Shown in pieces: positions 18,591 to 27,523 of a stretch of DNA of 64,000 nucleotides (positions are counted from its first letter, which is position 1; every line of letters starts with the position of its first letter). The DNA comes from Bryobacterales bacterium (GTDB lineage Bacteria > Acidobacteriota > Terriglobia > Bryobacterales > Bryobacteraceae). The notes beneath the pieces were generated by a model. It did not search any database, was not told the origin of the DNA, and was given only the letters and a program-made list of their open reading frames with translations. Both the position numbers and the translations under genes were made by a program. Location of the stretch: NCBI GenBank assembly GCA_038229475.1, contig JBBROK010000026.1, forward strand, positions 1,354 to 65,353, given 5' to 3'.

Positions 18591-19175
18591 ATGGAGGAGT
18601 ATCGGTTGCACCACGGTACGCACGGCTCAGAAGAAGAATTCGACCTCTACGCGATGGGGCGGCTAAGCGCAGGGCGGACTGGCGAACTGGAAGAGCATCT
18701 GCTGGTGTGTGAGGGCTGCAGGCTGCAGCTGGACGAAGCGACCGGCTACTGTCTGACGATGCGCCAGGAGTTGCTCAAACCTGAGGCACCAGGATTCCGG
18801 CTTGACTGGAACTGGTTGCGGATGCCGACGGTTGCCATGGCTGCGCTGGCGATGCTGGTGCTGGTTTTTGCAGGATGGTTCCTCTATCGGCCACGTACTC
18901 CGTTGATTCCTTTGGCCACCATTCAACTTTCTGCCCTGCGCGGCGAGATGCCGGTGGTGGCGGAGGCACGCGAGACCGACGTGACACTGCTGGACGCCGG
19001 CACGCAACCGGGGAGCGCGGAGGTAGTGGATGCAAACGGCGGTCAGGTATGGAAGGGACCGCTGGCTGAAGGCGGTAAGCTGCGGCTCAGCAGGGCTCTG
19101 GCGAAAGGCACCTACTTCGTGCGCCTCTACGACGGCTCAAAGCTGACACGCGAATACGGTTTTCAGGTTCGTTAG
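18591..19175 (+). CDS. Anti-sigma factor, zf-HC2 type, single-pass membrane protein
   Basis: HLLVCEGC (H-x3-C-x2-C), TM helix MPTVAMAALAMLVLVFAGWFLY and an extracytoplasmic tail of about 95 aa. It lies directly after the sigma gene. Confidence 0.7.
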   Translation: MEEYRLHHGTHGSEEEFDLYAMGRLSAGRTGELEEHLLVCEGCRLQLDEATGYCLTMRQELLKPEAPGFRLDWNWLRMPTVAMAALAMLVLVFAGWFLYRPRTPLIPLATIQLSALRGEMPVVAEARETDVTLLDAGTQPGSAEVVDANGGQVWKGPLAEGGKLRLSRALAKGTYFVRLYDGSKLTREYGFQVR

Positions 19176-19183
19176 GGTTAAGG

Positions 19184-20383
19184 TCAGGCCTTACCCGCGC
19201 GGCGAACCCGTGGACGCTCGTTGAGTTCCTTCACGAACACATTCGTGTTGAGAGCATCCACGCCTGGCGTTAACGTGCTAAAGGTTGGCGCGGAAGGCGA
19301 CGGGCGGTGCACCACGGTCATGCGCACCACGGCATCTGCAGCCATGGCACGGCGCAGGGTCAACATACGGGATGCCATCTCTGGTTGCGCTGTCTTTGAG
19401 GCTTTGCACTCCACCATGCGGAGTACGCCGTGGCCATCGGGGAAGAGGAAATTGACTTCCAGGCCGGGGCGGTCGCGAAAATGGTAAAGCTCTTTGCGGC
19501 GACCAGCATTGATCTGACTCTTCAAAATTTCAGCGGCAATGAACCCCTCATACAGCGCACCCAGAAAGGGAGATCGCTCCAGTTCAGCGGCGCTATTAAT
19601 GCCGAGCAGATAACAGGCGAGGCCGGAATCTCCGATATAGACTTTGGGAGATTTGATGAGGCGCTTGCCAAAGTTGGCAAAGTAGGGCGGCGCAAGAATG
19701 ATCTGTCCGGTTATCTCCAGTATGTGCAGCCAGCTGTCTATAGTGGGCACGGAAACACCGAGCGGTGCAGCCATATCGGTACGATTCAGCGTCTGGCCGT
19801 GGCGGCTGACGAGAATGGCGAGGAAGCGCCGGAAGGTTGCAAGATCGCGTACGGAGGTGATGGCGCGAACATCACGCTCCAGGTAGGTTTGCAGGTAGGA
19901 ACTGTACCAGAGGCCGCGGGCTGCGGGCCTGGCAAGTACTTCGGGAAAGCCGCCAGTGAGGATGCTTACACGTGCGGACTCGGCGAGGCTTAGCGGCAAC
20001 AGCTGCAGTACGGCTGCCCTGCCTGCCATTGACTCGCTGACACCCTGCATCAGAGGAGCCTCCTGAGATCCGGTGAAGAGAAATTGCCCGGTACGGCGCG
20101 GGTGCTGATCGATGCGGGTGCGGACGTAATCAAATAGCTGCGGGACGTTTTGAATCTCATCGAATAGAACAGGCAGACGAATCTCGTCCAGCAGGCCGCG
20201 GGGGTCAGAACGGGCGCGAGACTGGATGTCAGGATCCTCCAGCAGAACATATGTGGCCTGAGGGAAAATCTCGCGAAGAAGGGACGTTTTCCCTGACCGG
20301 CGAGGACCGGTTAGAACGATAGCGGGAAATTGGCGAGCGGCCCCGAGGATATGCGCCGAGAGAGATCGTGCGGTAAAGGCCAT
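19184..20383 (-). CDS. AAA+ ATPase with DUF4143 C-terminal domain (AAA_14/DUF4143 family)
   Basis: Walker A GPRRSGKTSLL and Walker B LPVLFDEIQ. The length of 399 aa and the architecture are typical of this family. Confidence 0.8.
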   Translation of the reverse strand: MAFTARSLSAHILGAARQFPAIVLTGPRRSGKTSLLREIFPQATYVLLEDPDIQSRARSDPRGLLDEIRLPVLFDEIQNVPQLFDYVRTRIDQHPRRTGQFLFTGSQEAPLMQGVSESMAGRAAVLQLLPLSLAESARVSILTGGFPEVLARPAARGLWYSSYLQTYLERDVRAITSVRDLATFRRFLAILVSRHGQTLNRTDMAAPLGVSVPTIDSWLHILEITGQIILAPPYFANFGKRLIKSPKVYIGDSGLACYLLGINSAAELERSPFLGALYEGFIAAEILKSQINAGRRKELYHFRDRPGLEVNFLFPDGHGVLRMVECKASKTAQPEMASRMLTLRRAMAADAVVRMTVVHRPSPSAPTFSTLTPGVDALNTNVFVKELNERPRVRRAGKA

Positions 20384-20389
20384 GTGACA

Positions 20390-20418
20390 AATATAAAGTG
20401 TCGGTTTAAATTTGTCAA
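20390..20418 (-). promoter_or_regulatory. Near-consensus promoter giving a leaderless mRNA for the DUF4143 ATPase
   Basis: On the minus strand: TTGACA (20418-20413), a 17-nt spacer, TATATT (20395-20390), then 6 nt and ATG (20383-20381). There is no Shine-Dalgarno site. Confidence 0.45.
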
Positions 20419-20610
20419 GTCATGGGAAAACTGAAATGATATATTTAAACTGACAGTTTAGATTTGTCAGAGGTGAAAAACGGTTCTCAACGGCCGGCAA
20501 ATGGCTGAAATCCACCAGCGCGGGCGGGGGCGAATTGGTGAAAGCCTTTGTTTTCAGTCGAAAGCATTCCGGCACGTCAATTGCAAAGTTCATCAGCGGA
20601 GGATGGAGCC

Positions 20611-20991
20611 ATGAAAAGCAAATTGATTGCGGGCCTGGTGCTGGCGGCGGGGACAATGTTGGCCGGGCCGCGGTTTTCTGTGGGGGTGGCAGTAGGTGGA
20701 CCGGCCTATTCCTACGGCCCCGACTATTACGCCAACTCGCGGGCGCCCCGCCCCGGGCGCGGGTATGCGTGGGTGGAAGGCTACTGGTATCGCGACCGCG
20801 GCTATCGTGCATGGCAACCCGGCTACTGGGTTGCGCAGCGGCGTTACGCAGAGCCTCGCGGGCGTGACTGGGACCGGGACTACTATCGCGATCGCCGTGA
20901 AGATCGTCGCGAAGACCGCCGTGAAGACCGCCGTGAAGACCGCCGTGAAGACCGCCGTGAAGACCGCTACGAAGACCGCTACCGTCGCTAA
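20611..20991 (+). CDS. Small secreted protein with W/Y-rich (YxWxxGxW-like) core and REDR-repeat tail
   Basis: ATG 20611 is preceded by GGAGGA. Signal peptide MKSKLIAGLVLAAGTMLA, core GYAWVEGYWYRDRGYRAWQPGYWV, and tail (REDR)x6-YEDR-YRR. Confidence 0.6.
   Translation: MKSKLIAGLVLAAGTMLAGPRFSVGVAVGGPAYSYGPDYYANSRAPRPGRGYAWVEGYWYRDRGYRAWQPGYWVAQRRYAEPRGRDWDRDYYRDRREDRREDRREDRREDRREDRREDRYEDRYRR
20896..20979. repeat. 12-nt tandem repeat x7 (cgtgaagaccgc), coding for REDR units
   Basis: I counted the units at 20896, 20908, 20920, 20932, 20944, 20956 and 20968. The four units from 20920 to 20967 are identical. Confidence 0.9.
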
Positions 20992-20993
20992 GT

Positions 20994-23003
20994 TTATTTC
21001 GCAGCGATCGGGCTGGCCGCAGCCTGTGCAATGAGGCGATCCGCATCTTCCTGTAGCAGGAAGCGCTCCGTGACGGCATGGGCCGCAGCGGATTTCACCG
21101 CTGCCACCCAGGCGTCATGCGAGGGGTAGCGCTCTTCGATGGAAAGGCGCGGGTCACCGGCGGCGATCCGCTCTGCCTTCGTCTTCGCGAACGGAATATA
21201 GCCACCATTCAGACCGCAGATCTTACCTTTGCTGAAACCGGCAGCGGTGACGTTCCAGCCTGTGTAGGTGCCCAGCGGGGCCTGGAGCAGGACGGAAGGA
21301 ACGCCCGACGTTTCATTGCCATCGGCATTTACGCTGGGTACGAGCGTTGGCAGGATCCGGCGTATACCGGGAGGCGCGAGGCTGATGGCCCCGGAGAGAT
21401 CGGCATAGCGGAAATCGGGGCCGAAATCATATTCGATGACGGGATTCAGAATGCCCTCGGGTGAGGGCGTGCCGGGAATAGTGGGGTAACCGGTTGCCTT
21501 ATTCGCAGCGGCGACCAGTTGCCCTTTATCGAGGCGTGGATAGCGACTGGCGGGCGGCTCCACTCCCCGCGTTACCCAATCGACCAGAGCTGCGCGCAAG
21601 GCCCTCATCTGTTCGGCCTGGGGATTCGGATTGGCCGGCAACATGCAGCCCGCGGGCGCAGCCGGAGGATCGATGGCGAAACCTCCGCGGCCACCGCCAT
21701 GCGTGGTGGCAGGGAAGTAATAACGGCGAACATTGTCTGGCAGCGGGATGTCTTTCTTCGCATCGGTGCCAACCAAATTCGGTGAGGCGCGCAAATCCCA
21801 GAACTCCAGCGCTCCGAAAGTCTCCATGACTTTCGGGCAGGTATTGGTAGTCTTGCAGCGGTCCAGCAGGGAAGACTTCGGGCGTCCGCGCACTTCATCG
21901 GTGTAATCTCCCCACCAGACGGGTCCGTCACTGCCGGGCTCATTGGGCATGGCGGTGCCACCGGCCACGGCGAAGCGGAAATTCATGGCCAGCTGGCGGG
22001 TGGCGATGTGGGGATTGATGCCTTCCCAAACTATCTTGCCGGCTTCATCGCGGTTGAAGCCGAGGTGGACGAAACTACGCAGAAAGTTTCCGGATTGCGA
22101 GTTGCCTTCGGCGACACCGAAGCGAATCTGACCGGCGACGGGGTTGGGGGTTCCGGCGTCGTCTTTTTCCGCATGGCGCAGGAAAGAATTCAGGTCGCGC
22201 GTGGCGGCGTAACCGATGCCGAGCACCAGAGGGTCTTTCGCGGTGTAGATCAGCTCGTAGAGGGCGGTGGGATCAAAACCTGCTTTGGCGCAGATCTTTG
22301 TGGGATCCGGTGTGCCCGGGAATGGGGTTTTGGAACAATCGGCGAAGGCCCAGTCACTGGAAAGGACGAGCGTATTGGGTCCGGTTTCCGAAGCCCGGTG
22401 GTTCAATATGGCTTTGGATGTATCGAGAGTAGCCGGGTGCTGCCAGGCCAAGCTGCTGGTGGCAGAACTCAGAGTCAGCGTATTGGCGCCGGGAAGGGAG
22501 TTGATGAAGCGTGCGGTGACGGGACCGGTAACGGCGGTGCCATCCGCATTTCGGGCGACAGGGACGGCGATGGTCTGCACGCCGGGCTGGGGAAGAAGGT
22601 CGCCCTGCCAGCCACTGACAACGCTCACGTGGCCATCGAGCGGAGCGGGCGCGCCGCGTCCGCGATTGGGCACACTGTAATAGAGGACAGAACTGGCCTT
22701 TTTCATGTCCACCGGTTTGGCCAGAGCAAAGGTGCCGGAGTACTCCACCATGCCACCGGCATTACGGGGGGCGAGGCGGAGATCGTTGATGGTGGCGTTT
22801 TCCGGGGCAGAGGGGTTCAGCACGCCGTAATAGTGGCCGGTGAGCAGTTCGTACTGCCCGGCTTTGCCGAAATTCCTGCCTTCGTAAGCGGGGGATTCCC
22901 GCTGTTCGATTTCAATGCGGATGATGCGGGCATCGGCAAAAGGAACAGAAATGAGCAGGGCTGTCAGGGCGAGATTTGGAAGGCGAGGGGCGAAGCGAAA
23001 CAT
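20994..23003 (-). CDS. Secreted hypothetical protein (~669 aa), possibly alpha/beta-hydrolase-domain family
   Basis: ATG 23003 gives the signal peptide MFRFAPRLPNLALTALLISVPFADA. The N-terminal pattern IIRIEIEQRESPAYEGRNFGKAGQYE...APRNAGGMVEYS...VPNRGRG resembles proteins I recall annotated this way. I identified no catalytic triad. Confidence 0.45.
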   Translation of the reverse strand: MFRFAPRLPNLALTALLISVPFADARIIRIEIEQRESPAYEGRNFGKAGQYELLTGHYYGVLNPSAPENATINDLRLAPRNAGGMVEYSGTFALAKPVDMKKASSVLYYSVPNRGRGAPAPLDGHVSVVSGWQGDLLPQPGVQTIAVPVARNADGTAVTGPVTARFINSLPGANTLTLSSATSSLAWQHPATLDTSKAILNHRASETGPNTLVLSSDWAFADCSKTPFPGTPDPTKICAKAGFDPTALYELIYTAKDPLVLGIGYAATRDLNSFLRHAEKDDAGTPNPVAGQIRFGVAEGNSQSGNFLRSFVHLGFNRDEAGKIVWEGINPHIATRQLAMNFRFAVAGGTAMPNEPGSDGPVWWGDYTDEVRGRPKSSLLDRCKTTNTCPKVMETFGALEFWDLRASPNLVGTDAKKDIPLPDNVRRYYFPATTHGGGRGGFAIDPPAAPAGCMLPANPNPQAEQMRALRAALVDWVTRGVEPPASRYPRLDKGQLVAAANKATGYPTIPGTPSPEGILNPVIEYDFGPDFRYADLSGAISLAPPGIRRILPTLVPSVNADGNETSGVPSVLLQAPLGTYTGWNVTAAGFSKGKICGLNGGYIPFAKTKAERIAAGDPRLSIEERYPSHDAWVAAVKSAAAHAVTERFLLQEDADRLIAQAAASPIAAK

Positions 23004-23097
23004 ATGGGAGTCATTATAGGGCTTTTTGCATCCAAAGAACAAAGAGCCGCTGGATGCCTCTGTTAGCCTTAAAGCAGAAGCCGCCCACCTTAACCCT

Positions 23098-24027
23098 ATG
23101 CTCGCGATTGCAACCATTCAAGATGAGATTCTGGAGCTGAAGACCCGGCGCAAGGCGATGATTCTGGCACATCACTACCAGGATACGGAGATTCAGGAGC
23201 TGGCCGACGAGGTGGGTGACAGCCTAGAACTGGCCCGGGCGGCGAAAAAGTTCACTGGCGACGTGATTGCGTTTTGCGGCGTGAAGTTCATGGCGCAGAC
23301 GGCCAAGGTACTGAATCCTTCGAAGACAGTGGTGTTACCGGATCTGGAAGCCGGTTGCAGTCTGGTGGACAGTTGCCGCGTGGAAGACGTGAAAAAGTTC
23401 CGTTTGGCCCATCCGGATCATGTAGTGGTCGCCTACATCAATACATCAGTTGAAGTAAAAGCCGAAAGCGACATCCTGTGTACGTCGCGCAACGCGGTGA
23501 AGATCGTCAACTCCATTCCGGCAGACCGACCGGTGCTGTTTCTGCCCGATTTGAACCTGGGGAACTGGGTGAAGCGGCAAACAGGGCGCGAGAACATGGC
23601 TATCTGGCAGGGGGCCTGCATTGTCCACGCCACGTTTGCCGCGCGGAAGTTGAGCGAGGCTCGCAGGAAATATCCGGAGGCTCTGGTGGCGGCGCACCCG
23701 GAGTGCACCGAAGACGTGCTGGCCATGGCGGATTTCATCGGATCCACCACCGCGATTGTGGACTGGTGCGTGGGTCACAACAGTAACGAGTTCATTGTGA
23801 TGACGGAGAGCGGCGTGCTGCATTCGCTGCAAAAGGGAGCGCCGCGGAAGCGCTTCCACTTCATCCCTAACGAGAACTGCAATTGCAGCGAATGCCCCTA
23901 TATGCGGCGGAATACGCTGGAGAAGCTGGCGGATTCGCTGCGGAATCTGGCACCGCGGATTGAGCTGGACGCGGTGCTGATGGCGCGGGCGGCGGCGCCG
24001 ATTGAGCGGATGCTGGCGGTCTTGTAA
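23098..24027 (+). CDS. nadA: Quinolinate synthase
   Basis: ATG 23098 gives MLAIATIQDEILELKTRRKAMILAHHYQ. The motifs FCGVKFMAQTAKVLNP, YINTS, HPEC and conserved Cys residues are present. Confidence 0.92.
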   Translation: MLAIATIQDEILELKTRRKAMILAHHYQDTEIQELADEVGDSLELARAAKKFTGDVIAFCGVKFMAQTAKVLNPSKTVVLPDLEAGCSLVDSCRVEDVKKFRLAHPDHVVVAYINTSVEVKAESDILCTSRNAVKIVNSIPADRPVLFLPDLNLGNWVKRQTGRENMAIWQGACIVHATFAARKLSEARRKYPEALVAAHPECTEDVLAMADFIGSTTAIVDWCVGHNSNEFIVMTESGVLHSLQKGAPRKRFHFIPNENCNCSECPYMRRNTLEKLADSLRNLAPRIELDAVLMARAAAPIERMLAVL

Positions 24028-24828
24028 ATGCATCCGGCGATTGCTGCGGCGTTGACTGAAGATGTTGGATCGGGCGATATCACCACGCTGCTGACTGTTC
24101 CGGCCGGGGCGATGGCTACCGGCACCGTGCGGGCAAAACAGGCGTTGAGGCTGGCGGGGGTAGAGTTGCTGGCGGAGATTTTCCCCTGCCAGGTGGAGGT
24201 GTTGCGGCAATCCGGCGATACTCTGGACACTGGCGATGCCATCGCGGTGGTTCGGGGCCCAGCCCGTGATTTGCTGACGCGGGAACGCACAGCCCTGAAT
24301 TTTCTGCAAAGGTTAAGTGGCATCGCCACTCTGACTGCGCAGTATGTGAAGGCCGTGGAAGGAACCGGGTGCCGGATTCTGGACACCCGTAAGACAACGC
24401 CGGGGCTGCGGCAACTGGAAAAAATGGCAGTGGCCGCAGGCGGGGGTACCAATCACAGGCTGGGATTGTACGACCGCGTGCTTATAAAGAACAACCACAT
24501 TGCCTCCGCGGGCGGCGTAACAGCCGCACTGGAACGGACGCGGCACGCCCTGGTCCCGGTGGAAATTGAGGTCCGCACGGTTGAGGAACTGGACGAAGCG
24601 CTGCGGGCGGGCGCGACGCACCTGCTGCTGGACAATTTGACACCCGCGTTAGCCAGTAAGTGGATTGCTCACATTGCCGGGCGGGCCAGAGTGGAACTTT
24701 CCGGCGGCATCACGCTGGAAACTGTGCGGGCGTATGCCGAAACCGGAGCCAATTTCATTAGTTGCGGTGCTCTAACCCATTCCGCACCGGCAGTGGACAT
24801 CAACTTCACCGTTGAACGGGCAGTATAA
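24028..24828 (+). CDS. nadC: Nicotinate-nucleotide pyrophosphorylase (carboxylating)
   Basis: The ATG directly abuts the nadA TAA. The motifs EDVGSGDITT, ERTALNFLQRLSGIAT, DTRKTTPGLR and KNNHI are present. Confidence 0.92.
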   Translation: MHPAIAAALTEDVGSGDITTLLTVPAGAMATGTVRAKQALRLAGVELLAEIFPCQVEVLRQSGDTLDTGDAIAVVRGPARDLLTRERTALNFLQRLSGIATLTAQYVKAVEGTGCRILDTRKTTPGLRQLEKMAVAAGGGTNHRLGLYDRVLIKNNHIASAGGVTAALERTRHALVPVEIEVRTVEELDEALRAGATHLLLDNLTPALASKWIAHIAGRARVELSGGITLETVRAYAETGANFISCGALTHSAPAVDINFTVERAV

Positions 24829-24953
24829 CGGACGCGTCCGATTCGGACCAGAGCCCCAGGCGTCTGCTATCTTATTGCATTGGCGTACCTTTATCGGCTA
24901 CGCTGGCAAGATCAAAACCCCCTAGTCCCAATTCCAGGAGAGATTCAACCAAG

Positions 24954-27422
24954 ATGCCGTCGATACGTTTGTTTGCCGCCACGTTTGCGTCGTTGCGGCT
25001 GCGCAATTTGCCCCGATCGGTCTATATGCTGATCCCCGCGCTGCTGGCCATGTTCCTGTCCCCTGCCTCCATCTTCGCGCAGGGTCATGGCGGTGAAGCC
25101 AATCTTGTCTTGCCCGATCTGAGCATGGGCACTTTCCTGGGCACCAACGGGCGCACCCTTTTGATGGGCGGCCTGGTGATTTGTGCTCTGGGTCTGATGT
25201 TCGGCCTGGTTACTTACATGCGGCTGCGCGACCTGCCGGTCCACAAGAGCATGCTGGAAGTAAGCGAACTAATCTGGGAAACCTGCAAGACTTATCTGTG
25301 GACCCAGGGCCGATTCCTGCTCATTCTGGAGATCTTCATTGGCGCGGTAATGCTGCTGTACTTCGGCTATTTCCAGCAGTTTCCGGCCCCGAAACTGGCC
25401 ATTGTTATTCTGTTCAGCCTGGTCGGTATTGCGGGCAGCTACGGTGTGGCGTGGTACGGCATCCGCGTGAACACATTCGCGAATTCACGTACAGCGTTCG
25501 CCAGCCTGAAGGGCAAGCCGTTCCCCTGTTATCAGATTCCGCTGAGCGCGGGCATGAGCATTGGCATGGTGCTGATCTCCACCGAACTGCTGATCATGCT
25601 CTGCATCCTGCTGTTCATTCCGGGCGATTACGCCGGCCCCTGCTTCATCGGCTTCGCCATCGGCGAATCGCTGGGCGCGGCGGCCTTGCGCGTGGCCGGC
25701 GGCATCTTCACCAAGATCGCCGACATTGGCGCCGATCTGATGAAGATCGTATTTAACGTGAAAGAAGACGACGCGCGCAACCCGGGCGTGATCGCCGATT
25801 GCACCGGTGACAACGCCGGCGACTCGGTTGGACCCTCGGCCGATGGTTTCGAAACCTACGGCGTAACCGGCGTGGCGCTCATCTCGTTCATTCTGCTGGC
25901 GGTGAGCAATCCGCTGGTGCAGGTGCAGTTGCTGGTGTGGATCTTTGTGATGCGCGTGATGATGGTGATCAGTTCAGCACTTTCCTATTTCATCAATGAC
26001 GCGATTGCCAAGAGCCGTTACAGCACCCTGGACAAGTTCAATTACGAACATCCGCTCACCTTCCTGGTGTGGCTGACCTCCATTATTTCGATTGCCCTGA
26101 CCTACGTGGTCTCGTACTACATGATTCCGGAACTGGGCGGCGACGTAACGCTGTGGTGGAAGCTGTCAAGCGTAATCACCTGCGGCACTCTGGCAGGGGC
26201 TGTAATCCCGGAACTGGTGAAGGTATTCACCTCCACGCACTCGCGCCACGTGCGCGAAGTAGTGACGTCTTCACGCGAAGGCGGCGCCTCCCTGAACATT
26301 CTCTCCGGTCTGGTAGCGGGCAACTTCGCGGCGTTCTGGCTGGGCATGGCTATGCTGGCGCTGATGTCAGCCGCCTACGTGCTGAGCATGCAGGGTCTGG
26401 GCGGCCTGATGGTGGCCCCGGCAGTGTTTGCCTTTGGTCTGGTGGCCTTCGGATTCCTCGGGATGGGCCCGGTGACGATTGCAGTGGATTCCTATGGACC
26501 AGTGACGGACAATGCGCAGTCGGTATACGAACTGTCGCTGATTGAAACCCTGCCGAATATTGAACAGGATCTGCAGAAGAATTTCGGCTTCAAGCCGGAC
26601 TTCCACAAAGCCAAGGAAAACCTGGAAGAGAACGACGGCGCGGGGAACACCTTCAAGGCCACAGCCAAGCCGGTGCTGATTGGGACGGCCGTGGTGGGAG
26701 CGACGACCATGATCTTCTCCATCATTGTGGCGCTGACCAACAAGCTGACCGACACCGTAGCAATGACGAAGCTTTCCATTCTGCACCCGCCGTTCCTGCT
26801 GGGCCTGATCGCGGGCGGCGCGGTAGTGTACTGGTTCACCGGCGCTTCCATGCAGGCCGTGACCACGGGCGCTTATCGCGCGGTGGAATTCATCAAGAAG
26901 AACATGAAGCTGGATGGCGCCGCCAAAGCTTCGGTGGAAGACAGCAAGATCGTGGTGGGCATCTGCACGCAGTATGCGCAGAAGGGTATGTTCAACATCT
27001 TTCTCGCGGTGTTCTTTGCCACTCTGGCGTTTGCGTTCGCAGATCCGTTCCTGTTCATTGGCTACCTGATCTCCATCGCGCTGTTTGGTCTGTATCAGGC
27101 CAACTTCATGGCCAACGCGGGCGGCGCGTGGGATAACGCGAAGAAGATTGTGGAAACCGAATTGAAGCAGAAGGGTACCGATCTGCATGCGGCCACGGTG
27201 GTGGGCGATACGGTAGGCGATCCGTTCAAGGACACGTCGAGCGTGGCGCTGAATCCGATCATCAAGTTCACTACGTTATTTGGTCTGCTGGCGGTGGAGC
27301 TGGCGGTATCGATGACGGAACAGGGTGGCGGCACGTTAGTGGCGGTTTTCTCCGGCGTTTTCCTGCTGATTGCGCTGTGCTTCGTATACCGTTCGTTCTA
27401 CGGGATGCGGATCGAAAGCTAA
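24954..27422 (+). CDS. hppA: Membrane-bound ion-translocating pyrophosphatase
   Basis: GGIFTKIADIGADL, DNAGD, DSYGPVTDNA, GDTVGDPFKD and about 16 TM segments. An alternative start at ATG 25026 is possible. Confidence 0.95.
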   Translation: MPSIRLFAATFASLRLRNLPRSVYMLIPALLAMFLSPASIFAQGHGGEANLVLPDLSMGTFLGTNGRTLLMGGLVICALGLMFGLVTYMRLRDLPVHKSMLEVSELIWETCKTYLWTQGRFLLILEIFIGAVMLLYFGYFQQFPAPKLAIVILFSLVGIAGSYGVAWYGIRVNTFANSRTAFASLKGKPFPCYQIPLSAGMSIGMVLISTELLIMLCILLFIPGDYAGPCFIGFAIGESLGAAALRVAGGIFTKIADIGADLMKIVFNVKEDDARNPGVIADCTGDNAGDSVGPSADGFETYGVTGVALISFILLAVSNPLVQVQLLVWIFVMRVMMVISSALSYFINDAIAKSRYSTLDKFNYEHPLTFLVWLTSIISIALTYVVSYYMIPELGGDVTLWWKLSSVITCGTLAGAVIPELVKVFTSTHSRHVREVVTSSREGGASLNILSGLVAGNFAAFWLGMAMLALMSAAYVLSMQGLGGLMVAPAVFAFGLVAFGFLGMGPVTIAVDSYGPVTDNAQSVYELSLIETLPNIEQDLQKNFGFKPDFHKAKENLEENDGAGNTFKATAKPVLIGTAVVGATTMIFSIIVALTNKLTDTVAMTKLSILHPPFLLGLIAGGAVVYWFTGASMQAVTTGAYRAVEFIKKNMKLDGAAKASVEDSKIVVGICTQYAQKGMFNIFLAVFFATLAFAFADPFLFIGYLISIALFGLYQANFMANAGGAWDNAKKIVETELKQKGTDLHAATVVGDTVGDPFKDTSSVALNPIIKFTTLFGLLAVELAVSMTEQGGGTLVAVFSGVFLLIALCFVYRSFYGMRIES

Positions 27423-27448
27423 GCGGCACGACAAGTGTAGTGGGAATG

Positions 27449-27482
27449 AAGGGGCTCGCAGTTTGCGAGCCCCTTTCTCGTT
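27449..27482 (+). terminator. Rho-independent terminator of hppA
   Basis: GGGGCTCGCA-GTT-TGCGAGCCCC (27451-27473), a perfect 10-bp stem followed by TTTCTCGTT. Confidence 0.8.
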
Positions 27483-27523
27483 GGGTAGCGCAGTGGTACG
27501 ATGCCGATTGACCCGATCCTGAC

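Noticed and set aside
20896-20979. CRISPR-like arrays
   Set aside because: The only regular short repeats are the 12-nt x7 array here and the 18-nt x3 array at 60659-60718. Both are contiguous, in-frame coding tandem repeats without spacers.
20420-21079. 219-aa minus-strand ORF containing GLHGGLHGGLHGGLHG repeats
   Set aside because: The repeat is simply the reverse complement of the REDR-coding 12-nt array. The plus-strand gene has an RBS, a signal peptide and a sensible composition.
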